The position numbers and the translations under genes are program-made. This document shows positions 10,131 through 20,462 of a DNA stretch of 64,000 nt, one piece after another. The DNA is from Pseudomonadales bacterium (GTDB lineage: Bacteria; Pseudomonadota; Gammaproteobacteria; Pseudomonadales; UBA7434): the NCBI GenBank assembly GCA_965263235.1, contig OZ253667.1:2116575-2180574 (forward strand), given 5' to 3'. Every line of letters begins with the position of its first letter. Within the stretch, counting starts at the first letter, position 1. The notes beneath the pieces were generated by a model. The model was given only the letters and a program-made list of their open reading frames with translations. It did not search any database and had not been told where the DNA came from.

Positions 10131-11264
10131 TTATTGCGAACCCGGCGCACTTCGATAATCGGCCCTGCGCTGCAAAATCTGATACTTGCGAACCGCTTTA
10201 TTATGCTCTGCCAGTGTCTCGGAAAAGTAATGGCTACCATCACCCTTTGCAACAAAATACAAAGCCTTTCCTTCTGCGGGGTTAAGTGCCGCCCTAATAG
10301 ACGCCAAACCGGGCATCGCAATAGGCGTCGGCGGCAAGCCATCCCGAGTGTAGGTATTGTATGGCGTATCGCGTTTTAAATCTTCCCTCCGGATGTTGCC
10401 ATCGTAAGCATCACCCATACCGTAAATAACCGTGGGATCTGTCTGCAAACGCATTCCACGTTGCAGCCGCCGAACAAATACACCGGCGATTTGCTCTCGC
10501 TCATCGATATGCCCAGACTCCTTTTCGATAAGGGACGCCATGATTAATACTTCGTAGGGGGAGCTTAGGGGTAAGTCAATGTCTCCACGGTTATTCCACT
10601 CATCCAGCAAAGTCGTAACCATCAAACGGTGGGCTCGACGCAAGATAGTTTCTAATTCGGCGCTTCGGTCAAAGTAATAAGTATCTGGATACAACCACCC
10701 CTCAAGCGACAACGAGTCCGGTGACAGACCATGCTCAAGCATTATTTTTTTTGCGCGATTATCCATAACCGAGCTACTAATTATCGCCAGGGCTTCTTTA
10801 GCGTTAAGGCGCTCTCCAAAACCCAGCTGCGTCAACGTCTCCTTAAACGAATGCCCTTCTATTAAGGTAACGGGATACTGTTTGCTTTTTCCTTGCGCGA
10901 ATAAGTCAAACAGCTGCTGGCGCGAATACGTACCCTGCACCTCGTACTCACCTACTTTAACGACGGCGTTAGGCGAAAAAAACTTAAGCGCCATGCGATC
11001 GATTCTTTCATTGCTAAAACTACTGTAGTCATTGACTTTATCCAGCACACTACGAACGCTGTCCGCCGGCGCTATGTCGATTAATATTGGCGTTGTAAAA
11101 ACAAGCGCGTCACCGAACCAGTAGTTTTTTAAATTTTTATAGCCTACGACAAACCCAACAAAAGAAACCGCCAGAAGGATTAGCAAAAACATAACACTGC
11201 GCGACTGACCTTTTTCTCCTGGCAGCCTTTTCGCTCTAGACAATCTTTTATTTTCGTTTGTCAT
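10131..11264 (-). CDS. mltG: Endolytic murein transglycosylase MltG (YceG family)
   Basis: 377-aa ORF with an N-terminal TM helix and the ASLIEKE catalytic-Glu motif. Conserved position between pabC and tmk. Confidence 0.9.
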   Translation of the reverse strand: MTNENKRLSRAKRLPGEKGQSRSVMFLLILLAVSFVGFVVGYKNLKNYWFGDALVFTTPILIDIAPADSVRSVLDKVNDYSSFSNERIDRMALKFFSPNAVVKVGEYEVQGTYSRQQLFDLFAQGKSKQYPVTLIEGHSFKETLTQLGFGERLNAKEALAIISSSVMDNRAKKIMLEHGLSPDSLSLEGWLYPDTYYFDRSAELETILRRAHRLMVTTLLDEWNNRGDIDLPLSSPYEVLIMASLIEKESGHIDEREQIAGVFVRRLQRGMRLQTDPTVIYGMGDAYDGNIRREDLKRDTPYNTYTRDGLPPTPIAMPGLASIRAALNPAEGKALYFVAKGDGSHYFSETLAEHNKAVRKYQILQRRADYRSAPGSQ

Positions 11265-11305
11265 TATTCAAGAATTTTTCTTTGCCAATTCGCAGCGCAG
11301 GATTA

Positions 11306-12211
11306 CTACCGCCTTAACTCACACTCGGACATGCGCGCCTGGCACATGATATCTGAGAGCTGGCGAATTGTTTCACTAGACTGGTAGACTCGCTGATCAC
11401 CGTCTGAAAAGGTAACTGATTTAATTGGATGTATACCACGAACTGCATTGCAAACAAATAATGCACCGGCATCCCTAAGGTTATCGTATGAAATATCCGT
11501 TTCGCGAACGGCAAGAGCAAGTTTAGGAAAACCCGTTTGCATCAACCAGGCACGCACAGTGCCTTTAACACCACTCGCTTCAAGCACCGGCGTGAGCCAT
11601 TGATTATTTATTAAAACGAATACGTTACTCGATATCGCTTCAACAAGCTTGCCTTTACCATCAAATAACAACGCATCATCAAACGGAATCGCATCGCTAT
11701 TATCTTTCGTGCGCCGGCGATTATTCGCGTCGAGATCTTGAGCCGCTAATACCTGCTCTAACCTGTTACAGTGTTTAATCCCCGCCAATAGGGGCTGTGA
11801 GGAAAGCTTCACGCCAGATAAACACACATCAATCGACCGGAACTCAAACAGCGTGACAGCAGAAACATCAATTTTTATAAAAGGGGAAGATTGAGCACAA
11901 CGGTAGCCTTGATAATCCGCTGTCGAAGCGCGAATCACCTGAATTCTCAATTTAAAATTGCCGCCATCAAAATGCCCTGCGTTGGCCTCAGCATCGAGCA
12001 CCGACAACAGACACTGCTCTATCGTTGTCATCGACAGCGGAATTTGCAAAGTAGTCATTCCACTTTGCAGTCGCTCTGCATGAAGCGACCAAAAAGGCAT
12101 ACGGCCTTCAGTGACGCGAATAGTCTCGAACAACCCATCCCCATGAATGGGAAAAAAATCTAACGACCCATTTATGGGGTCAGCGCCAGCATTAAAGAGA
12201 TAGCAACGCAT
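11306..12211 (-). CDS. pabC: Aminodeoxychorismate lyase (class IV aminotransferase fold)
   Basis: 301-aa ORF in the conserved fabF-pabC-mltG position. The call rests largely on synteny and general family resemblance. Confidence 0.7.
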   Translation of the reverse strand: MRCYLFNAGADPINGSLDFFPIHGDGLFETIRVTEGRMPFWSLHAERLQSGMTTLQIPLSMTTIEQCLLSVLDAEANAGHFDGGNFKLRIQVIRASTADYQGYRCAQSSPFIKIDVSAVTLFEFRSIDVCLSGVKLSSQPLLAGIKHCNRLEQVLAAQDLDANNRRRTKDNSDAIPFDDALLFDGKGKLVEAISSNVFVLINNQWLTPVLEASGVKGTVRAWLMQTGFPKLALAVRETDISYDNLRDAGALFVCNAVRGIHPIKSVTFSDGDQRVYQSSETIRQLSDIMCQARMSECELRR

Positions 12212-12244
12212 ACCAGAAAAACTATTCTCTGCGCTGCAAAGCGG

Positions 12245-13483
12245 CTAGATTGATTTAAAAATTACTGTGCCGTTGGTGCCGCCAAAGCCAAAAGAGTTTG
12301 ACATCGCAATATTGATCGCCTTCTCTTGCGCATTGTGTGGCGCGTAATTAAGGTTGCAACCTTCATCTACATTATCGAGATTAATCGTGGGCGGAGCCAC
12401 CTGGTCACGAATCGCTAATATCGAGAAAATCGCTTCGATAGCGCCAGCGGCACCAAGCAGATGCCCGGTCATCGATTTAGTAGAGCTTACAACCACATCT
12501 TTTGCGGCAGCGCCCATCATAGATTCACATGCCTTCGACTCAGCCACATCCCCTGCAGGTGTCGATGTGCCGTGGGCATTAATATAATCAATATCCGCTG
12601 CATTGATCCCTGCATCACGCAACGCATTCTCCATTGATGCACACGCACCACTGCCATCTTCTGGTGGCGAAGTCATATGGTATGCATCCGCACTCATGCC
12701 GTTGCCGATTAGCTCGGCGTAGATTTTTGCTCCGCGCGCTTTTGCGCACTCATACTCTTCTAACACCAGCACACCAGCGCCATCACTAAGCACAAAACCA
12801 TCGCGGTCCTTATCCCAGGGCCGGCTTGCAGCTTCTGGATCATCATTGCGATTTGACAAGGCTCTTGCCGCAGCAAAACCACCCAGACCAACAGGAGTTG
12901 TAGCCATTTCCGCACCGCCAACAACCATTACATCGGCGTCTCCCGCCTGAATAAGACGAGCAGCCAGACTAATGTTGTGCGTCCCAGTCGTACAAGCGGT
13001 AACGACAGACAAGCTCGGGCCTTTAAGCCCGTAACGTATCGAAAGGTTCCCGGCGATCATGTTGATGATGGAACCGGGCACAAAGAAAGGAGAAACTTTG
13101 CGTGGCCCGCGCTTATCGATAATTCCCTTGGTATCTTCTATCGCGCCGATACCGCCAATGCCAGAGCCAATAGCAGCCCCAATGCGTGAAGCATTGCTTT
13201 CGTTTATCTCAAGCCCCGCATCTTCGATAGCCTCGACCCCTGCGACCATACCGTACTGGATGAACACATCCATTTTGCGCGCATCTTTGGCTTGCAGGCA
13301 GACCGTAGGGTCAAAATCTTTTACGCTTCCACCAAAAGTCGTGGAGTAATCGGAAACATCAAAGTGGGTAATTGGCGCGATACCGGAACGGCCTTCAACA
13401 ATACCTGACCACGTTTCTGCAACCGTGTTGCCCAACGGTGTCACCATACCCAAACCGGTTACTACTATACGTCTTTTTGTCAC
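12245..13483 (-). CDS. fabF: 3-oxoacyl-ACP synthase II
   Basis: 412-aa ORF with Cys-His-His contexts [21 protein letters not shown] and [14 protein letters not shown]. Directly downstream of acpP. Confidence 0.95.
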   Translation of the reverse strand: MTKRRIVVTGLGMVTPLGNTVAETWSGIVEGRSGIAPITHFDVSDYSTTFGGSVKDFDPTVCLQAKDARKMDVFIQYGMVAGVEAIEDAGLEINESNASRIGAAIGSGIGGIGAIEDTKGIIDKRGPRKVSPFFVPGSIINMIAGNLSIRYGLKGPSLSVVTACTTGTHNISLAARLIQAGDADVMVVGGAEMATTPVGLGGFAAARALSNRNDDPEAASRPWDKDRDGFVLSDGAGVLVLEEYECAKARGAKIYAELIGNGMSADAYHMTSPPEDGSGACASMENALRDAGINAADIDYINAHGTSTPAGDVAESKACESMMGAAAKDVVVSSTKSMTGHLLGAAGAIEAIFSILAIRDQVAPPTINLDNVDEGCNLNYAPHNAQEKAINIAMSNSFGFGGTNGTVIFKSI

Positions 13484-13568
13484 TGGACTGATTTCTCCTG
13501 TGCTTGCCGAAGATTAACCGCTATATAAGCACGATCAATCTCCATACGCAAAATATCTGCATTTAGAA

Positions 13569-13600
13569 ACGAAAAAACCGCTTCAACTTAGGAAGCGGTT
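13569..13600 (-). terminator. Hairpin/partial terminator downstream of acpP
   Basis: Stem aaccgcttc/gaagcggtt with a 7-nt loop, followed on the minus strand by ttttttcgtttc. Confidence 0.5.
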
Positions 13601-13746
13601 TTAACGACTAATATCGACGCTTTAAAACGATGACGAACAGCTTGCAACATTGGTAGTGTTGCGACCACATGTGTTACAGCTACCCGACAGCGTACTTAAA
13701 AACGCCCTGGCTTATAAGTGCTCGCCTAAACCGAGCACTCACATAA

Positions 13747-13983
13747 TTAAGCCAAATGCTTCTCGATGTAATCTACCGCTAACTGTACAGTAGTGATCGA
13801 TTCTGCATCTTCATCAGGAATTTCAGTTTCGAATTCCTCTTCCAACGCCATCACAAGCTCAACTGTATCCAAAGAGTCAGCACCCAGATCTTCAACGAAT
13901 GATGCAGAGTTTTCAATCTCGTCTTCTTTTACACCCAGTTGCTCAGCAACAATTTTTTTAACACGTTCAGCAACGTTACTCAT
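13747..13983 (-). CDS. acpP: Acyl carrier protein
   Basis: 78-aa ORF with the [12 protein letters not shown] phosphopantetheine attachment motif. Confidence 0.97.
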   Translation of the reverse strand: MSNVAERVKKIVAEQLGVKEDEIENSASFVEDLGADSLDTVELVMALEEEFETEIPDEDAESITTVQLAVDYIEKHLA

Positions 13984-14265
13984 CTTTGTTTTTCACTCCA
14001 ATAGTAAGGAATACAGTTGGCAACAATGATAATACAACTCACTGAGCTACCAACAACTCATCGAACACGCGACCCTCTAAGAGGCGCGGCAACGAAACGC
14101 GGCGCATTTTACATGGAATAGCCGAAAAAGTAATTATCCACCCAGGCCGCATACATTTAAAAAGTCACTCTGCGATGTTGGAAAAATCAACCAATTCAAC
14201 GTGTTTATTAAACACTCTGTGCAAAAAGCCGTTCACCAATTGACCAGCACCCAATCACAGGGAAA

Positions 14266-15015
14266 CTAGCCCATGTACATCCCGCCATTCACGTGAATGG
14301 TTTCTCCGGTAATGTACGCTGCAGCATCACTCGCCAAAAAGCCTACTACAGCCGCAATTTCTTCTGGCTGACCGAGTCGCCCGGCGGAAATTTGATCAAG
14401 CATCTGCTGCTTTTGTGCGTCAGAAAGCACATCAGTCATATCGGTTTGAATAAAACCGGGCGCCACCGAGTTAACCGTAATCGCGCGTGAGCCAACCTCT
14501 TTAGCCAACGCTCGTGAAAAGCCCTCTATGCCTGCTTTAGACGCGGCATAGTTTGACTGGCCACCATTTCCCATAGAACCAACGACGGACGAGATATTAA
14601 TAATTCGCCCCCAACGCGATTTGGTCATACCCTTTAGCACCGCTTTGCTCAGGCGAAAGACCGAGCTAAGGTTGGTGTCGATAACCGCTGCCCACTCATC
14701 TGCTTTCATGCGAAGCATTAAATTGTCCTGGGTAATACCTGCGTTGTTAACCAGGATTGTTGGCGTACCGTATTTGTCTTTTACACTATCTACAACATTG
14801 GCGACGCTATCATCACTGGTGACATTTAGCGCCATCCCTTCGCCTTTTATTCCTGCTTCACTCAAATATTGAGAAATTTTATTAGCGCCCTCGTCCGTTG
14901 TCGCTGTGCCTACAACTGTATGGCCCGAATTACCTAATGCAACTGCGATTGCACGACCAATTCCACGGCTCGCGCCGGTGATCAATGCAACTTTTACTGA
15001 CTCTGATTCGCTCAC
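14266..15015 (-). CDS. fabG: 3-oxoacyl-ACP reductase
   Basis: 249-aa SDR with TGASRGIGRA and YAASKAG. Located between fabD and acpP. Confidence 0.95.
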   Translation of the reverse strand: MSESESVKVALITGASRGIGRAIAVALGNSGHTVVGTATTDEGANKISQYLSEAGIKGEGMALNVTSDDSVANVVDSVKDKYGTPTILVNNAGITQDNLMLRMKADEWAAVIDTNLSSVFRLSKAVLKGMTKSRWGRIINISSVVGSMGNGGQSNYAASKAGIEGFSRALAKEVGSRAITVNSVAPGFIQTDMTDVLSDAQKQQMLDQISAGRLGQPEEIAAVVGFLASDAAAYITGETIHVNGGMYMG

Positions 15016-15066
15016 AAAAAACCTCTAAATAAACTCGTTAGCTTCTACCCAAAAAACACCTAAGCA

Positions 15067-16002
15067 CTAACTGGCAACAAGCTGTTCTAAACTGTCTGGC
15101 GACTCAATCGACGCAACACTTGCTGAGCGATCAATCTTTTTAACCAGGCCGCATAACACCTTACCCGGCCCACACTCTACAAAATCCGTAACGCCCCCAG
15201 CTAATATGGCCTGCACGCAACTGGTCCACTTTACCGGGCTTGAAGTCTGCTGAATCATTAAATCACGAATGGCCTCGGGATCGCTTTCTACTTTCGCATG
15301 TACGTTGTGCACAACCGGAATGGCAGGACTGGAAAAAACAAGCTCGCTCATGTCGCTGGCCAGCTTATCGCCCGCGGGCTTCATCAAACTCGTGTGGAAA
15401 GGCGCGCTTACCGGAAGTGGTGCGACACGCTTGGCGCCAGCCTCTTTTAACTCAGCGCCAGCAGCCTCGACGGCCTCTTTGTGCCCCGCGATAACAACCT
15501 GCCCGGGAGAATTAAAATTGACTGCTTCAACGACATAATCTTCCTTTGAAAGTGACTGGCATGCGCTGACCACTGCGTCATCATCTAAACCAAGTACTGC
15601 GGCCATCGCGCCAGTACCGACGGGCACCGCCTCTTGCATATAACTGCCACGCTTGCGAACCAAATCGACTGCCGCCTGAAACTCCAGCACACCGGCGCTA
15701 ACCAGGGCGCTGTATTCACCCAGGCTGTGGCCAGCAACGTACGCAGGTGCCGAGCCGCCCCGACTCAGCCAAACTCGCCAAAGCGCGACGCTACTGGTCA
15801 ATAACAATGGTTGGGTAATTTCAGTAAGGTTGAGCTTTTCCTGTGGCCCCTCTTGCGCCAAAGCCCAAAGATCATAGCCCAACACCTCAGAGGCCTGGGC
15901 GAATGCTTCCTTCACTTCTGGGTACGCCTCTGCTGCATCGCCAAGCATGCCTACCTTTTGCGCACCCTGACCTGGAAAAACAATGGCTCGTTTACTCATC
16001 AA
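15067..16002 (-). CDS. fabD: Malonyl-CoA:ACP transacylase
   Basis: 311-aa ORF with the GHSLGEYSAL active-site motif. Confidence 0.95.
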   Translation of the reverse strand: MMSKRAIVFPGQGAQKVGMLGDAAEAYPEVKEAFAQASEVLGYDLWALAQEGPQEKLNLTEITQPLLLTSSVALWRVWLSRGGSAPAYVAGHSLGEYSALVSAGVLEFQAAVDLVRKRGSYMQEAVPVGTGAMAAVLGLDDDAVVSACQSLSKEDYVVEAVNFNSPGQVVIAGHKEAVEAAGAELKEAGAKRVAPLPVSAPFHTSLMKPAGDKLASDMSELVFSSPAIPVVHNVHAKVESDPEAIRDLMIQQTSSPVKWTSCVQAILAGGVTDFVECGPGKVLCGLVKKIDRSASVASIESPDSLEQLVAS

Positions 16003-16162
16003 TGTACTCTTCTAATAACTTCTTCTAGTGCTTGTTAGTTTTTAGTTGTGCTATACCAGAGTGAATACCAGATTCAACGATAAACTAACACAACAACTCG
16101 CTTATAGAAAATCTAAACAAGCGGCATTACCTATCGTCAATGTTTACAGGCGTTTAATTAGC

Positions 16163-16200
16163 CCATAAAAAGAAAACCCGTCGTAGAACACAACGGGTTT
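16163..16200 (-). terminator. Rho-independent terminator downstream of rpmF
   Basis: Stem aacccgt/acgggtt, followed on the minus strand by a T-rich run (ttttctttttat). Confidence 0.55.
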
Positions 16201-16317
16201 AACTATCATTCCCTGCCTGACTTTTTCCGGTCAAGCGCAAACAACTTACAATACAAGCTCATATAAATATCGATTAACACCTGACTTCAGGCACAAACCG
16301 TCGAGCTTAAATAAATA

Positions 16318-16500
16318 TCAGTCGTTAAAGCCTGTATCAACGACTTTTTTGCCTCGGTAAAAACCTTCCGGGCTGATATTGTGTCTCAGATGCTTCTCGC
16401 CGCTCGTTTCATCAACGCTTAGCGTGGTACGACCTAATGCATCGTGTGAGCGACGCTGCCCTCGACGTGAACGAGTCACCTTACTTTTTTGTACTGCCAT
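16318..16500 (-). CDS. rpmF: 50S ribosomal protein L32
   Basis: 60-aa [25 protein letters not shown]. Confidence 0.95.
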   Translation of the reverse strand: MAVQKSKVTRSRRGQRRSHDALGRTTLSVDETSGEKHLRHNISPEGFYRGKKVVDTGFND

Positions 16501-16558
16501 GATAAAGCTACCTGTTAGTAGTCAGTTAATTCAATGCCTGTATTTGAATCGAGGCAAA

Positions 16559-17161
16559 CTAGCCTCGATCCTGATTAAGTATGTCTGCCAGCCCTTCGAA
16601 AGGACGGTACGTATCACCGGCGCCACCACGAGCGACCTGACCTGCTCTGCCCTCACTCGCCTGTCGCACGTCAGCCAAATGCTCTGCGCCCAAACTCGCG
16701 TGCCCGTTCATTCGGCTTGTAGCCCGCGCTTCGCAATCAGCACGCTCTTCGCCCTCGTGCAAAGCAACGCTGGGCAGTGCGAGCGATAACTCTTCTTCTA
16801 CCAACTGATAGAGATCAAGCTCATCGTCGTCAACCAGCAACGGCTCAAGCTCTTTGAGCAAGCGCTTAGCTTCTTCGTCGTCTCTTACGACCGTTAGCGT
16901 CGTCTTCGACTTTAGCGCGTACGCAACGTTGTCTAAACATCGCTGACAAACAAGTTCGACCTTAGCCGATACATCCACGCTTACCTCTGGCAGCCCGCTT
17001 TCACCGCTACTGAAGTTTATCGTTGCCACTACAGCTTCGCATTGCTCGATCGCTGAGCAAAGTGACGGTAACGCTTCACTTGGAACCTCTCCTTGGAAGC
17101 TCGATCCCTTCAGAACACTTTTTCGGACAGATACCAGTCGAGGTAATAAACGGCTGGACAT
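16559..17161 (-). CDS. yceD: YceD/DUF177 family protein (23S rRNA accumulation protein)
   Basis: Located upstream of rpmF as in most bacteria, with an acidic C-terminal half and a CQRC motif. I prefer the ATG at 17161 over the upstream TTG at 17185 used by the ORF track. Confidence 0.8.
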   Translation of the reverse strand: MSSRLLPRLVSVRKSVLKGSSFQGEVPSEALPSLCSAIEQCEAVVATINFSSGESGLPEVSVDVSAKVELVCQRCLDNVAYALKSKTTLTVVRDDEEAKRLLKELEPLLVDDDELDLYQLVEEELSLALPSVALHEGEERADCEARATSRMNGHASLGAEHLADVRQASEGRAGQVARGGAGDTYRPFEGLADILNQDRG

Positions 17162-17373
17162 AATCGGCGAAGTGTATAAGTTCAACCCGCAAGCGTCAAT
17201 CTGATTATCTCGGAGGTTTTACCTATATCTGAACCGCCGCACACTGTGTCATTACTGCTGCCTAGCTGGGCTCGCATCTGTATCTTAACCAATCTAGGTT
17301 CTTGATCAATTTAAGTAGCTTGGACACAATTGCGCTGCCTTAATCCACTCCTCGATTTCATAACAGACCTCGC

Positions 17374-17973
17374 ATGTTTAACCTTATTCTCGCATCAAGC
17401 TCGCCGTATCGCGCCGAGCTTTTAAAAAAAATTGTTTCTAATTTTCAACAGGTTAAGCCAGATATCGAAGAAAAAGCTCTAGAGGGAGAAACCCCATCCG
17501 AACTGGCAAAGCGGCTCGCTTTTGAAAAGGCTCGCGCAATCGCTACTAGAGCCCATAACGACCCCAGCGATGTAATCATCGGCTCTGACCAGGTTTGCTA
17601 TTTGCGTCAAGAGGACGGCGAAATCGAATTACTTCGCAAGCCTGGCGGGCTCGAGGCCGCAATTTCGATGCTGATGCGCTGCTCAGGGAAAAGAGTTTCA
17701 TACGAAACCGCCGTATGCATCTCAACTGGATCAGGCCAAGATATTCAATTTTCAGTCGATTACGCGCTCCAATTTCGCTCATTTACTGAAACAGAAGCGG
17801 CTCGATACTGCGAGCTTGACGAGCCCTACAATTGTGCAGGTGCGATCAAATCGGAGTCACATGGCGTGATGCTCATCGACGCCCATCACGGAAACGATCC
17901 CTCAGCGCTTGTCGGACTACCGCTTATCGAGCTTCGCAAGGCATTAGTAAAATTGGGCGTAGAGTGCCTTTAA
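17374..17973 (+). CDS. Maf-like nucleotide pyrophosphatase (YceF type)
   Basis: 199-aa ORF with the N-terminal LILASSSPYRAELL signature of the Maf family. Divergent from yceD as in E. coli and Pseudomonas. Confidence 0.9.
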   Translation: MFNLILASSSPYRAELLKKIVSNFQQVKPDIEEKALEGETPSELAKRLAFEKARAIATRAHNDPSDVIIGSDQVCYLRQEDGEIELLRKPGGLEAAISMLMRCSGKRVSYETAVCISTGSGQDIQFSVDYALQFRSFTETEAARYCELDEPYNCAGAIKSESHGVMLIDAHHGNDPSALVGLPLIELRKALVKLGVECL

Positions 17974-18155
17974 CGAGAAGACCTAAGCCAACAAGAGACT
18001 CCTTTCTCCGCTCACTTTACACAGCTTTACCAACACCCATCCCTTATTCACAAGCCATTTTTGCATAATAGCTTCCATGTTGAAGAACTAGCGCTAAAGC
18101 CAAGCTTCTGAACACAGTTTCATCACTCTTATTTTGCTTTATTGTTGTTTATACA

Positions 18156-18179
18156 AACCCGCGCAAGCGGGTTTTTTTT
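18156..18179 (+). terminator. Rho-independent terminator after maf
   Basis: Stem acccgc / gcgggt with loop gcaa, followed by T8. Confidence 0.7.
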
Positions 18180-18352
18180 CGCGGCAAGCTTGATAAGCCA
18201 GCTATACCGTAGTACTAACACTTCGAGCCATTGCGAATTAACGCAGCTTACGGGCAAAATAGCTTTAGCGGCCAAATATACAAATCAGGTTATTCGAGCA
18301 CATAAACTCAACGCTCACAGGAAGAACCGGAACAGCCAAAAAGCGAAACGAT

Positions 18353-19069
18353 ATGGCACAACAACTATTAATCATCGATGACGACACCGAGCTGTGCGAC
18401 CTGCTCAAGCAATATCTCGAAAACGAAGGTTTTCAAATCACGCTGGTCCATGAAGGCATCCAGGCAATCGAACACCTGCAAAACCAGCACAACAAAAAAG
18501 GGATCAGCTACGATGCCATTGTTTTAGATTCGATGCTTCCTGGCCTGCAAGGACTGGACATTTTGCAGCGCCTGCGTGGATTCTCACAGATACCTGTACT
18601 TATGCTTACAGCGCGCGGCAGTGATATTGACCGAATCGTCGGTTTAGAGTCTGGCGCGGATGACTACCTGCCTAAGCCCTGTAACCCCAGGGAGCTACTC
18701 GCGCGGCTACGCGCAATCTTGCGTAGAGCGGACCTGCAAAAGAAACCGGAAGTTAATAAAAGCTACCAACTACACGGCATTGAGCTTGATGCGGGCAGCC
18801 GAACATCAACATTTAAGGGTAGCAAGCTCGATCTCACCAGCGCAGAATTTAGCACCCTGCTGGCGCTCATAGCGCGACCAGGACAAATCGTTAGTAAAGA
18901 AGACTTAACCGAGCTCGCCCTTAATCGCAAGCACACCCGCTATGACCGTAGCATCGATGTACATATAAGTAGTATTCGTAAAAAGGTCCAGGCGTTTATT
19001 CCCGACCATGAAGTGATTAAGACCGTACGCGGGAGCGGCTATATTTTTGTCGACCAACTCGAAGACTAG
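18353..19069 (+). CDS. OmpR-family response regulator, CpxR-like
   Basis: 238-aa ORF with receiver Asp context (VLDSMLPG), MLTARGSDIDRIVGLESGADDYLPKP and a winged-helix C-terminus (DRSIDVHISSIRKK). It closely resembles CpxR. Confidence 0.9.
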   Translation: MAQQLLIIDDDTELCDLLKQYLENEGFQITLVHEGIQAIEHLQNQHNKKGISYDAIVLDSMLPGLQGLDILQRLRGFSQIPVLMLTARGSDIDRIVGLESGADDYLPKPCNPRELLARLRAILRRADLQKKPEVNKSYQLHGIELDAGSRTSTFKGSKLDLTSAEFSTLLALIARPGQIVSKEDLTELALNRKHTRYDRSIDVHISSIRKKVQAFIPDHEVIKTVRGSGYIFVDQLED

Positions 19070-19091
19070 CCCCATATAAGCCGCTAACCAC

Positions 19092-20462
19092 ATGTTTAGA
19101 CTCTACTGGAAAATCTTTCTCGGATTTTGGTTAACCGGTGTATTACTAGGCATAGCCGCCATTGTCGTCAATCAGCAACTCTCTCAAAATAAAAACAGTG
19201 AACTGACCGGGCTCGGCCCCGCAGAAATAGCCAATCGCACGGCATTTATTCTGCGACGACTGCCAGAAGACGTACGAGACTGGCAACAAACGCTAGCTGA
19301 CAGCGACATCACCCTTTTTATTCGCTCCAATCAGGCGCAGTCATTAGGCAGCACCAGCGTTGCACTCAATATAGAAAAAGCGTTTACACAACTAGAATCT
19401 CAAAACCGCTACAATGATACTGGCCTAACGCAAACACTTTGGGGTGAAAACGTAACCTCGATTAATGGCAGCGATATTAAATTTGTCCTGGATATGCCAG
19501 GGCTGGGGGTCTTCCAGTTTCGTGAAATTGCAGGACAGATAACTGCCCAGTTTGCTCTCGCCATGATAGTTAGCGGGATCGCATGCTGGATTCTCGCTCG
19601 ATACCTGACTCGCAATCTTGCAAAAATTAGCGAAGCGACGCAAAAGCTTGCGGCGGGAAAACTTGATACCAGGATTAGCGTAAGAGAACGTATAACACAA
19701 GACGAGCTAGACGGCTTAAGCAAAGATTTCAACGTAATGGCCGAGGCGTTAGAAACCAGCATGGCTAATCAACGCAGGTTGGTCAGGGATATTTCACACG
19801 AATTGCGCTCGCCGTTGGCGCGGCTACAAATTGCCCTGGAACTCGCGCGCCAAAACCAGGATGAAGAACAGTTAAATCGCATCGGGCAAGAAGCAGATCG
19901 CCTGAATGACATGATAGGCCAACTGCTGGCTATGCCAGAGCGCGCAATAGATTTACAGGACTGCATCGATGTTGGCGAGCTAGTCGCGGCTATCGCCGAA
20001 GACAGCGAAATCGAGGCCAACACCAAAAACATTCGTTTTACACTCGACATCAATGGTGAATTTCTCGTAGCAGCCAACACTAACGACCTTCATAGCGCAC
20101 TAGAGAATATTGTTAGAAACGCGATCCGCTACACAGAGCCAGAAAAAACCATCAACATCAGCTTAAAACACCTGGTCGATAATGAAAACAAATCTACCTA
20201 CCAATTGCTGGTAAAAGATAACGGGCCTGGGATACCCGAGGAAGATCTACCGTATATATTCGAGCCGTTCTATCGTGTCGACCCGGCACGCAATCGAAAA
20301 ACAGGTGGCTATGGTATTGGACTTGCCATCGTCAAGCGCGTTATTGCAGCTCATGGTGGCAACGTAACTGCGCAAAACTGGAGAAATAGTCGTGGCAGCG
20401 GGCTAATAGTCACCGTTACGCTGCCACAATTTAAGCCACACAGCGAGACATCCGCTGCTTAG
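19092..20462 (+). CDS. Sensor histidine kinase, CpxA-like
   Basis: 456-aa ORF with two TM segments, a HAMP domain, H-box SHELRSPLARL and an HATPase domain (GGYGIGLAIV). It starts 23 bp after the response regulator. Confidence 0.9.
   Translation: MFRLYWKIFLGFWLTGVLLGIAAIVVNQQLSQNKNSELTGLGPAEIANRTAFILRRLPEDVRDWQQTLADSDITLFIRSNQAQSLGSTSVALNIEKAFTQLESQNRYNDTGLTQTLWGENVTSINGSDIKFVLDMPGLGVFQFREIAGQITAQFALAMIVSGIACWILARYLTRNLAKISEATQKLAAGKLDTRISVRERITQDELDGLSKDFNVMAEALETSMANQRRLVRDISHELRSPLARLQIALELARQNQDEEQLNRIGQEADRLNDMIGQLLAMPERAIDLQDCIDVGELVAAIAEDSEIEANTKNIRFTLDINGEFLVAANTNDLHSALENIVRNAIRYTEPEKTINISLKHLVDNENKSTYQLLVKDNGPGIPEEDLPYIFEPFYRVDPARNRKTGGYGIGLAIVKRVIAAHGGNVTAQNWRNSRGSGLIVTVTLPQFKPHSETSAA

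Noticed and set aside
10112..10342. 76-aa minus-strand ORF in an alternative frame overlapping the 3' end of mltG
   Set aside because: It overlaps the confidently called mltG frame on the same strand. Its product is Arg/Cys-rich, so it is an artefact.
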